Source of the DNA: Candidatus Omnitrophota bacterium
GTDB taxonomy: Bacteria; Omnitrophota; Gorgyraeia; Gygaellales; Profunditerraquicolaceae
Assembly (NCBI GenBank): GCA_029571225.1
Contig: JAKPTF010000080.1
Location: forward strand, 1,230-65,229
Direction: 5' to 3'
DNA: 64,000 bases
The notes below the pieces were generated by a model. The model was not told where the DNA came from, did no database searches, and worked only from the letters and a program-made list of their open reading frames with translations. Of this stretch, positions 57,215 to 64,000 are shown piece after piece. The translations under genes were made by a program, and so were the position numbers. Numbering within the stretch: the stretch's first letter is position 1; each line of letters opens with the position of its first letter.

Positions 57215-58509
57215 ACGACCTCGTGCGGATGCGTGATCCTGCCCGTGACCGCAGACGCTGCGGCAACGGCAGGGTTTGACAGGTAAACGAAGGATTTGGG
57301 CGAGCCCATGCGGCCGATAAAATTACGGTTCGTGGTAGCAAGACACGTTTCGCCTTCTGTCAGGATACCGGCATGGCCGCCGAGACACGGGCCGCAGGTC
57401 GGGGTCGAGACGATCCCTCCTGCTTTGATGAACGTTTCAACGAGCCCTTCTTCGATCGCCTCGCGATAGATCTTCTGCGTCGCGGGGATCACGATCAGGC
57501 GCATTCCCGCCTTGACCTTCCTGCCCTTTAATATTTTCGCTGCTGCGCGCAAATCCGATATCCTGCCGTTGGTACAGGAACCTATGACGACCTGGTCGAT
57601 AACAATGCTCTTGAGCGCGCTGACCGGTTTGACATTACTCGGTAAATGCGGACAGGCGACCTGCGGCTCAAGCCCGCTCACGTCCCACTCATAAATTTTC
57701 GCATAGTGCGCGCCTCTGTCGGACGCCATCTTTCCGGCACGCGCTTTTAACGAGGATAGTTTGATTTTTGATCTCTCATTTTTCAAGGCGGCGGCGACAT
57801 ATTCCCAGGTGATCTCATCCGGTTCGATGATGCCTGCGCGCGCGCCTGCCTCGATCGCCATGTTGGACATGGAGAACCTGCCGTCCATATCGAGCTTTTC
57901 GATAACCGGGCCGGTGAACTCCATTGCGCAATATAATGCGCCGTCAACGCCGATCTGTCCGATGGTATAAAGGATCAGGTCTTTGCCCGAAAGCCATTTC
58001 CCGAGCTTTCCTTTATATATGAATTTGATAGATTCCGGGACCTTGAACCAGCATTTGCCGTCAACATACGCCCTGGCAAGATCAGTGGACCCCAGGCCGG
58101 TCGAATAGCAACCCAAAGCCCCGTACGTGCACGTGTGGGAATCGGCGCCGATGACAAGATCTCCGGGCAGGACAACCGCCTTTTCAGGCAGTAGCGCGTG
58201 TTCAATGCCCATGCAGCCGATCTCGTAATAATGGGTGATCTTCTGCTCTGCGGCAAAATTCTGCAGGACTTTTGCCTGGTTTGCGCTGCGCTGATCCTTG
58301 GCAGGGGTGAAATGGTCAGGAACCAGGACAATCTTGTTCCGGTCAAAGACTTTCGTAAAACCGGCCTTTTTGAATTCTTCAATGGCCAGAGGCGCGGTGA
58401 TATCGTTACCCAAGGCGATATCGACATGGGCTTCGATGAAATCTCCGGGCCGGGCATGTTTCAATCCGGCATGGGCCATGAGGATCTTTTCAGCTATTGT
58501 GTACGGCAT
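57211..58509 (-). CDS. leuC: 3-isopropylmalate dehydratase large subunit (aconitase family)
   Basis: 432 aa; 'GADSHT', Fe-S ligands 'GSCTNGR' and 'CGPCLG'. Confidence 0.9.
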   Translation of the reverse strand: MPYTIAEKILMAHAGLKHARPGDFIEAHVDIALGNDITAPLAIEEFKKAGFTKVFDRNKIVLVPDHFTPAKDQRSANQAKVLQNFAAEQKITHYYEIGCMGIEHALLPEKAVVLPGDLVIGADSHTCTYGALGCYSTGLGSTDLARAYVDGKCWFKVPESIKFIYKGKLGKWLSGKDLILYTIGQIGVDGALYCAMEFTGPVIEKLDMDGRFSMSNMAIEAGARAGIIEPDEITWEYVAAALKNERSKIKLSSLKARAGKMASDRGAHYAKIYEWDVSGLEPQVACPHLPSNVKPVSALKSIVIDQVVIGSCTNGRISDLRAAAKILKGRKVKAGMRLIVIPATQKIYREAIEEGLVETFIKAGGIVSTPTCGPCLGGHAGILTEGETCLATTNRNFIGRMGSPKSFVYLSNPAVAAASAVTGRITHPHEVV

Positions 58510-58517
58510 AGGTCCGA

Positions 58518-59765
58518 TTATTTTCCGGTAAACTTCTTTACTGCCAGCGTCGCGTTATGGCCGCCGAAACCGAGCGAATTCGACAGGGCCACGTTGATCG
58601 GGGTGCGGCGTGCGGTATTGGGGACATAATCGAGGTCGCATTCAGGGTCGGGGAATTCGTAATTTATCGTCGGCGGAGCGATATCGTCTTTTACCGCAAG
58701 ACACGAGACAACAAACTCGTATCCGCCCGCTGCGCCGAGCATGTGGCCGGTCATGGACTTGGTGGAGCTGACCATTACCTTGCCGGCATGTCCGCCGAGC
58801 GCTTTTTTGACCGCGAGCGTCTCGCCCTTATCGTTCAGTTTGGTCGATGTTCCGTGGGCATTGATATAATCGACCTGCTCAGGATTTATTTTGGCGTCTT
58901 TCAAAGCCCATTTCATCGCCAGAGACGCCCCGAGCCCTTCGGGGTCGGGCGCGGTCGAATGGTACGCGTCGCACGATGCGCCGTATCCGGCGAATTCCGC
59001 GTAGATCTTCGCGCCCCTCTTCTGCGCATGCTCCAGCGATTCCAGCACGACGATCCCGCATCCTTCAGCCATGACAAAACCGTCGCGCTGGAGGTCAAAA
59101 GGACGGGACGCTTTCTGCGGCTCGTCATTCCTGGTTGAGAGCGCCTTCAGGGCGCAAAAACCGCTGACGCCGAGCTTGGTGATACAGCTCTCGGTGCCGC
59201 CGGCGATCATAACATCCGCATCGCCGCGCTGGATCACCCGCAGCGCGTCGCCTAACGCATGCGACCCGGACGCGCACGCCGTTGTCACGCAGGCATTCGG
59301 CCCCATGAAACCGTACGTTATCGCGATATGGCCCGCCGCCTCGTTCACAATAAGGCTGGGGATCAGAAACGGAGATACCCGGGACGGCCCTTTCTTCAGG
59401 ACAACCTCGTATTCTTCCTCTATGATCCGCAGGCTCCCGATGCCCGAACCGACGATGACTCCGACGCGCTCCCTGTCCTCTTTCTCCGCATTCAGGCCGG
59501 AATCTTCGATCGCCTGCTTCGTGGCAGCCAGCGCGTACTGGACGAATTTCTCAAGCCGTTTCGCGTCCTTGGCTGACATGCCGAAGGCAAGCGGATCGAA
59601 TCCCTTGACCTCGGAGGCGATCCGGGCGTCGTATGCCGAGACATCGAAGGTCTGAAGCGGCCCTATGCCGGAAACACCCTCGCACAAAGCCTTCCAGTTG
59701 GCCGCAACGCTATTCCCCAGCGACGATATCAGCCCTAATCCTGTGACGACAACCCGTTTTTCCAT
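58518..59765 (-). CDS. fabF: beta-ketoacyl-ACP synthase II
   Basis: 415 aa; catalytic 'TACASGSHA', 'NAHGTST', 'GHMLGAAG'. Confidence 0.96.
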   Translation of the reverse strand: MEKRVVVTGLGLISSLGNSVAANWKALCEGVSGIGPLQTFDVSAYDARIASEVKGFDPLAFGMSAKDAKRLEKFVQYALAATKQAIEDSGLNAEKEDRERVGVIVGSGIGSLRIIEEEYEVVLKKGPSRVSPFLIPSLIVNEAAGHIAITYGFMGPNACVTTACASGSHALGDALRVIQRGDADVMIAGGTESCITKLGVSGFCALKALSTRNDEPQKASRPFDLQRDGFVMAEGCGIVVLESLEHAQKRGAKIYAEFAGYGASCDAYHSTAPDPEGLGASLAMKWALKDAKINPEQVDYINAHGTSTKLNDKGETLAVKKALGGHAGKVMVSSTKSMTGHMLGAAGGYEFVVSCLAVKDDIAPPTINYEFPDPECDLDYVPNTARRTPINVALSNSLGFGGHNATLAVKKFTGK

Positions 59766-59783
59766 ATAAAACCATTAACATTT

Positions 59784-59820
59784 TGCCCCCCTTATCGCGT
59801 TTAACCGGTCAAGGGGGGCA
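59784..59820 (-). other. 10-bp GC-rich stem-loop between acpP and fabF (TGCCCCCCTT / AAGGGGGGCA)
   Basis: Perfect 10-bp arms with a 17-nt loop; no U-run on the minus strand, so not a canonical terminator. Confidence 0.45.
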
Positions 59821-59849
59821 TATGTTTATATTAAACGATGCATGAATTG

Positions 59850-60089
59850 TTATTTATTCGCGGTCTTCTCGTCAATATACTTCACCGCATCGGCGACTTT
59901 TGTGATCTTCTCGGCATCCTCATCCGGGATCTCGATGCCGAACTCCTCTTCGAATGCCATGACCAGTTCGACGGTATCAAGAGAATCGGCGCCCAGGTCG
60001 TCCACAAATGACGCGTCAGGCACCACTTCTTCAGGTTTCACGCCAAGCTGCTCGGCAATGATCGCTTTCACTTTCTCTTCAACAGCCAT
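59850..60089 (-). CDS. acpP: acyl carrier protein
   Basis: 79 aa; phosphopantetheine site '[13 protein letters not shown]'. Confidence 0.97.
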   Translation of the reverse strand: MAVEEKVKAIIAEQLGVKPEEVVPDASFVDDLGADSLDTVELVMAFEEEFGIEIPDEDAEKITKVADAVKYIDEKTANK

Positions 60090-60103
60090 TCTTCCTCCTT
60101 GAT

Positions 60104-60853
60104 TTATACCATCACCATGCCACCGTCCACGACGATCGTCTGTCCGGTTATATAATCAGCCTCGTTCGAGGCCAGGAACAAACAGGCATTTGCCACATCC
60201 TTCGGCGCGCCCAGCTTTGCCATCGGGATGGCTTTCATCATTTGGGCCTTGACGTCTTCCGGGAGCTTCGCAGTCATCTCTGTCTGGATGAATCCCGGCG
60301 CGATCGCGTTTACCGTGACATTGCGCGCCGCCAGTTCCCTCGCGGACGTCTTGGTAAGAGCAATAATGCCCGCTTTTGACGCGGCATAGTTCGCCTGCCC
60401 GTAATTACCGATGATGCCAATGATCGAAGCGATGTTAATGATCCTGCCGGAACGCTGCTTGCTCATGGCGCGAAAAACCGCCTTCGTGCAGTTGAAGGTG
60501 CCTTTCAGATTCACGCTCAACACCGCGTCCCACTCCTGCTGGGACATCCGGAGCAACAGATTGTCCTTGGTTATCCCTGCATTGTTAACTAATATATCAA
60601 GCTTCCCGTATTTGTCAAGAATTTTGTTGACCGCGGCGTCGACGGCGTCGAAATTCGTCACATCTACCTGCTCGGCAAGGGTTTTCCTGCCTAAGGATCC
60701 TATCTCCGCGCAGGTATTCTGGGCATCGGCAGGATTAACGTCCCAGATAACGATATCCGCTCCCTCTTTTGCCAGGGTCATGGCGATCTCGCGGCCGATG
60801 CCCCTGCCGCCACCGGTAACCAGGGCGACTTTTCCCTCTAATCTCATCATCAT
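60104..60853 (-). CDS. fabG: 3-oxoacyl-ACP reductase
   Basis: 249 aa; 'VTGGGRGIG', 'YAASKAG'. Confidence 0.95.
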   Translation of the reverse strand: MMMRLEGKVALVTGGGRGIGREIAMTLAKEGADIVIWDVNPADAQNTCAEIGSLGRKTLAEQVDVTNFDAVDAAVNKILDKYGKLDILVNNAGITKDNLLLRMSQQEWDAVLSVNLKGTFNCTKAVFRAMSKQRSGRIINIASIIGIIGNYGQANYAASKAGIIALTKTSARELAARNVTVNAIAPGFIQTEMTAKLPEDVKAQMMKAIPMAKLGAPKDVANACLFLASNEADYITGQTIVVDGGMVMV

Positions 60854-61767
60854 CCTCCTATGTCTTTCGTTTTCTCAATATTCTCGACTGACACAGCCGG
60901 GTCTATCCTGCGCATGAGGCCTTTGAGCACTTTGCCGGGCCCGAACTCGATGAACCGGGTTACGCCTTGAGCCAGCGCATACCTCATGGATTCTTCCCAG
61001 CGGACAGACGAGTATATCTGTTTTACGAGGTTCTCTTTGATCCGGACGCCTTGCTGCTCTGGCTGCGCCGTAAAATTGCCGATGACCGGGACCTGCGCGT
61101 CGCGTATGGTAATTCCGTCCAGGGCTTCTTGCAGCTTGATAGACGCCTCTCGCATAAGAGAGGAATGAAAACCGCCGGAAACCTCAAGAGGGATCACCCG
61201 TTTTGCCCCTGCCAGCTGGCAGGCATCCTGGGCCTTTTTCACGCCTTCAGCCCTGCCGGTGATAACAACCTGGCCCGGGCAATTCAGATTCGCGATCTCT
61301 GCTCCGGTCGATCTGCAAATATCCGCTATGGTATCCGCTGCGAGGTCCAGAACCGCGGCCATGGCTCCCGGGTGTTCGCGAGCCGCTTCTTCCATGATCT
61401 CGCCGCGCTTCTTGATAAGCGCAATACCCTGTTTAAAATCTATGCTGCCTGCCGCGATCAAGGCGCTGTATTCCCCGAGGCTCAAGCCCGCGCAGAATGA
61501 CGGTGTGGCCGGCTGGCGTTTCTTGAACGCCTCGTATGCCGCTATCGTCATGGTGACGATGGCCGGCTGGGAGATGTTCGTCGGCTTCAACGCGCTGTCA
61601 GGGCCTTCGAACATGATCTTCTTCAGATCAAAACCCAGCACGTCGCAAGCCTCATCAATGACCGCCCTGCTTTCGGGAAAGGATTCGTACAGGTCCTTGC
61701 CCATGCCGCTGTACTGGCTTCCCTGCCCGGCGAATAAAAAAGCGGTCTTTTCCATGACGGTTACCAC
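60850..61767 (-). CDS. fabD: malonyl-CoA-ACP transacylase
   Basis: 305 aa; 'FAGQGSQ', active-site 'GLSLGEYSA'. Confidence 0.95.
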   Translation of the reverse strand: MVTVMEKTAFLFAGQGSQYSGMGKDLYESFPESRAVIDEACDVLGFDLKKIMFEGPDSALKPTNISQPAIVTMTIAAYEAFKKRQPATPSFCAGLSLGEYSALIAAGSIDFKQGIALIKKRGEIMEEAAREHPGAMAAVLDLAADTIADICRSTGAEIANLNCPGQVVITGRAEGVKKAQDACQLAGAKRVIPLEVSGGFHSSLMREASIKLQEALDGITIRDAQVPVIGNFTAQPEQQGVRIKENLVKQIYSSVRWEESMRYALAQGVTRFIEFGPGKVLKGLMRRIDPAVSVENIEKTKDIGG

Positions 61768-62738
61768 TGGATGATGGTCGCCCCGCGCACAAGGCCGGCG
61801 CCGAACGCGACCAAAAGAACGATGTCGCCTTTTTTTATCCCGCCTTCCTGTGCCGCTTCGACCATGGCGGTCGCGGTGGACGCGGACGACATATTACCGT
61901 ATTTCTCTATATTAAGGTAGATCTTCGCGTTGACAAATCCGAGCCGTTTGGCCACCGCGTCAATGATGCGCAGGTTGGCCTGATGCGGGATGATCCAGTT
62001 GATGTCCGCGCATTTCAATCCCGCCTGCTTTAATGCCGTCTGCGCCGCCTCGACCATGGACATAACCGCTATCTTGAAGACCTCGTTGCCGGCCATCTTG
62101 ATGAAATGCTGGCGCTCATCGATCGTCTTCTGGGACGCAGGCATCCGGGAGCCTCCGGCGGGCATGTACAAAAGATTGGTATACTGCCCCTCGCAGCCGA
62201 GATACGAAGACAGTATCCCCCCTTTTTCCACTTCCCCGAGGACGGCAGCTCCGGCGCCGTCGCCGAACAATACGCACGTGGACCGGTCCTTCCAGTCAGT
62301 GATGCTCGAGAGGACCTCCGCGCCTACGACAAGCGCGTTCCTGCACGTGCCGCTCGCGATGAACTGTTTTGCGATGCCGAGCGCATAGATGAATCCCGCG
62401 CACGCCGCCGAGATATCGAAGCAAATGGCGTTCTTCGCGCCGAGCTTGTTCTGCACAAAACAGGCGGTCGCGGGGAACGGCACGTCCGGCGTGATCGTCG
62501 CGATGATGATGAGGTCCAGGTCTTCGGGCTTTAACTGTGCGTGTTCAAGCGCCTGCCGGGCCGCCTTGACCGCCAGATCGCTCGTTGCCTCATCAGGCGC
62601 GACAAGATGGCGCTCTTTGATGCCCGTGCGCGTCGTGATCCATTCGTCCGAAGTATCAACCATCTTCTCCAGGTCCGCGTTGGTCAGGATTTTTTTAGGG
62701 AGATACTTGCCGACGCCCAGAATGCCTACTTTTTTCAT
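61761..62738 (-). CDS. fabH: beta-ketoacyl-ACP synthase III
   Basis: 325 aa; 'SAACAGF', 'PHQANLRI'. Confidence 0.95.
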   Translation of the reverse strand: MKKVGILGVGKYLPKKILTNADLEKMVDTSDEWITTRTGIKERHLVAPDEATSDLAVKAARQALEHAQLKPEDLDLIIIATITPDVPFPATACFVQNKLGAKNAICFDISAACAGFIYALGIAKQFIASGTCRNALVVGAEVLSSITDWKDRSTCVLFGDGAGAAVLGEVEKGGILSSYLGCEGQYTNLLYMPAGGSRMPASQKTIDERQHFIKMAGNEVFKIAVMSMVEAAQTALKQAGLKCADINWIIPHQANLRIIDAVAKRLGFVNAKIYLNIEKYGNMSSASTATAMVEAAQEGGIKKGDIVLLVAFGAGLVRGATIIQW

Positions 62739-63793
62739 GATCGTGCCCCGCCCTGATCAGCCGCCTGGCCGACATCCGGCGCCTCTGTATGGGATAATAC
62801 GACGTTTTCCGATTCGATCGCCGCGACGAGTTTTTCGGTAAAACCGTGCTCCACCTCGGCCTTGGCAACGCGGATGGCGTTCTTGATCGCCTTGGCGTTG
62901 GACCTGCCGTGGCCGATGATGACAACGCCGTTCACGCCCAGTAACGGCGCGCCGCCGTATTCGGAATAATCTATGTCCTTTTTGAATTTGCGGAAGCTCG
63001 ACGTCAACAGCAGCGCGCCGATGATACCCAGCGGATTGCTCAAGATATGCTTCTTCAAGAATTTCTGCATCGCCTCACCGAGGGACTCGGACACCTTGAG
63101 CGTCACGTTGCCGACGAATCCGTCGCAGATGACGATGTCGCATTCGCCGCTGAACAGATGCTTGCCCTCGACGTTCCCGATATAGTTGAGATGAGTCTTT
63201 GACAGGAGTTCGAATGAGTCCTTGAGGAATTCGGTGCCTTTGGATTCTTCCTCTCCCACGTTCAACAAACCGACGGACGGATTTTTCATTCCCAGTATCT
63301 CCCTGCCGTAGAGCTCGGCCATAATGCCGTATTGCATCAGATGCAGAGGCTTGGGGTCGATATTGGCGCCGACGTCCATGATCAGGAATATGCCTTTGAG
63401 GCTCGGCATTACCGTGGCTATGCCAGGCCGCTCAACGCCCGGAAGCAAGCCCAAAGTCAAGGTGCCTGCGCATACCGCCGCTCCGGTGTTGCCGGCTGAC
63501 ACAAAGGCGTCGGCCTTGCCGTCCCTGACCAGTTTCAGGCCAACGACGATCGACGAATTGCGCTTGCGCCTGACGCTCGTTGCCGCAGGATCGTGCATCT
63601 CGATGACTTCGGTCGAAGGGCAAACGGTCAGCTTCTCGGACCTAAAACCTGATTTTGCCAGCAGCGCGTCGATCCGGGCCTGGTCCCCGACAAGGACGAC
63701 CTCCACCCCGTATTCTTTGACTGCGGCAATGGCCCCTTCGATCACGACATCGGGCGCGTGATCACCGCCCATGGCATCAACGACGATCTTCAT
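62735..63793 (-). CDS. plsX: phosphate acyltransferase PlsX
   Basis: Start taken at ATG 63793 ('MKIVVDAMGGDHAP'); the longer track ORF would run through rpmF. Confidence 0.93.
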   Translation of the reverse strand: MKIVVDAMGGDHAPDVVIEGAIAAVKEYGVEVVLVGDQARIDALLAKSGFRSEKLTVCPSTEVIEMHDPAATSVRRKRNSSIVVGLKLVRDGKADAFVSAGNTGAAVCAGTLTLGLLPGVERPGIATVMPSLKGIFLIMDVGANIDPKPLHLMQYGIMAELYGREILGMKNPSVGLLNVGEEESKGTEFLKDSFELLSKTHLNYIGNVEGKHLFSGECDIVICDGFVGNVTLKVSESLGEAMQKFLKKHILSNPLGIIGALLLTSSFRKFKKDIDYSEYGGAPLLGVNGVVIIGHGRSNAKAIKNAIRVAKAEVEHGFTEKLVAAIESENVVLSHTEAPDVGQAADQGGARS

Positions 63794-63804
63794 AGTATGG
63801 GTGA

Positions 63805-63999
63805 TTATTTCTCTTTCTTTTTTTCTGCCTTGATCTTGATCTCCACTGCCTGCTTGCCGGCATACGTGCCGCAGACAGGGCATATGCGGTGGGTCAGCTT
63901 TGGGGTCTTGCATTGCGGGCAGACCGTCAGTCCCGGATTGGCGATTTTCCAATGGGTCCTACGCTTCTTGCCCCGCGTGCTTGAATGTCTTCGTTTCGG
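63805..63999 (-). CDS. rpmF: 50S ribosomal protein L32 (5' end outside the window)
   Basis: Own translation: PKRRHSSTRGKKRRTHWKIANPGLTVCPQCKTPKLTHRICPVCGTYAGKQAVEIKIKAEKKKEK*; zinc-ribbon CxxC...CxxC; classic rpmF-plsX linkage. Confidence 0.9.
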   Translation of the reverse strand, partial: PKRRHSSTRGKKRRTHWKIANPGLTVCPQCKTPKLTHRICPVCGTYAGKQAVEIKIKAEKKKEK

Positions 64000-64000
64000 T

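Noticed and set aside
63794-63952. Extended PlsX N-terminus (track ORF 62735-63952)
   Set aside because: The extension overlaps the rpmF coding sequence in another frame. The canonical PlsX N-terminus 'MKIVVDAMGGDHAP' begins at 63793.
1-64000. Scan for CRISPR arrays, tRNA/rRNA genes, transposases/integrases, toxin-antitoxin pairs or defence islands
   Set aside because: Intergenic spacers are short (the longest are about 150-220 bp) and contain no tRNA-like T-arm or anticodon structure and no spaced direct repeats. No ORF has transposase, integrase, nuclease-defence or toxin-like motifs. The only mobile element recognised is the smc intein.

Overview
This window is a gene-dense stretch of bacterial chromosome made almost entirely of core housekeeping genes. 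About 61 of 62 protein genes lie on the minus strand; only a GAF-GGDEF diguanylate cyclase is on the plus strand. Minus-strand blocks in plus-coordinate order are: dapF, lysA, a secreted tail-collar-like protein, the argHGFDBJC genes (transcribed argC to argH), rpsI-rplM, an Opp/Dpp peptide ABC transporter, secG-tpiA-pgk, an ABC exporter, ksgA-pdxA-surA-like-mfd, secDF-yajC-rpsP, trpE, hisI-F-(lipoprotein)-A-H-B-D, alaS-recX-htrA-recA, smc plus a small HTH gene, a receiver domain with etfA-etfB-bcd, GNAT-glgC-marC, truA, asd, leuB-D-C, and fabF-acpP-fabG-fabD-fabH-plsX-rpmF (rpmF partial). I found no rRNA, tRNA, CRISPR array, transposase or recognisable defence island. The most unusual object is smc. 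Its Walker A P-loop is interrupted by a 553-aa LAGLIDADG intein, and its hinge region appears reduced to about 60 aa. Other items worth a second look are a minimal Mfd lacking the UvrA-recruiting and autoinhibitory modules, and a 19-bp perfect inverted repeat linking the argB stop codon to the argD start. There are also four strong sigma70-like promoters placed 6-9 nt from start codons (probable leaderless mRNAs), a long imperfect hairpin upstream of asd, and a 57-aa HTH ORF absent from the ORF track. All function calls rest on motif recognition by eye; no searches or computations were run. Taxonomy cannot be determined from here; the Bcd/EtfAB genes suggest an anaerobe.
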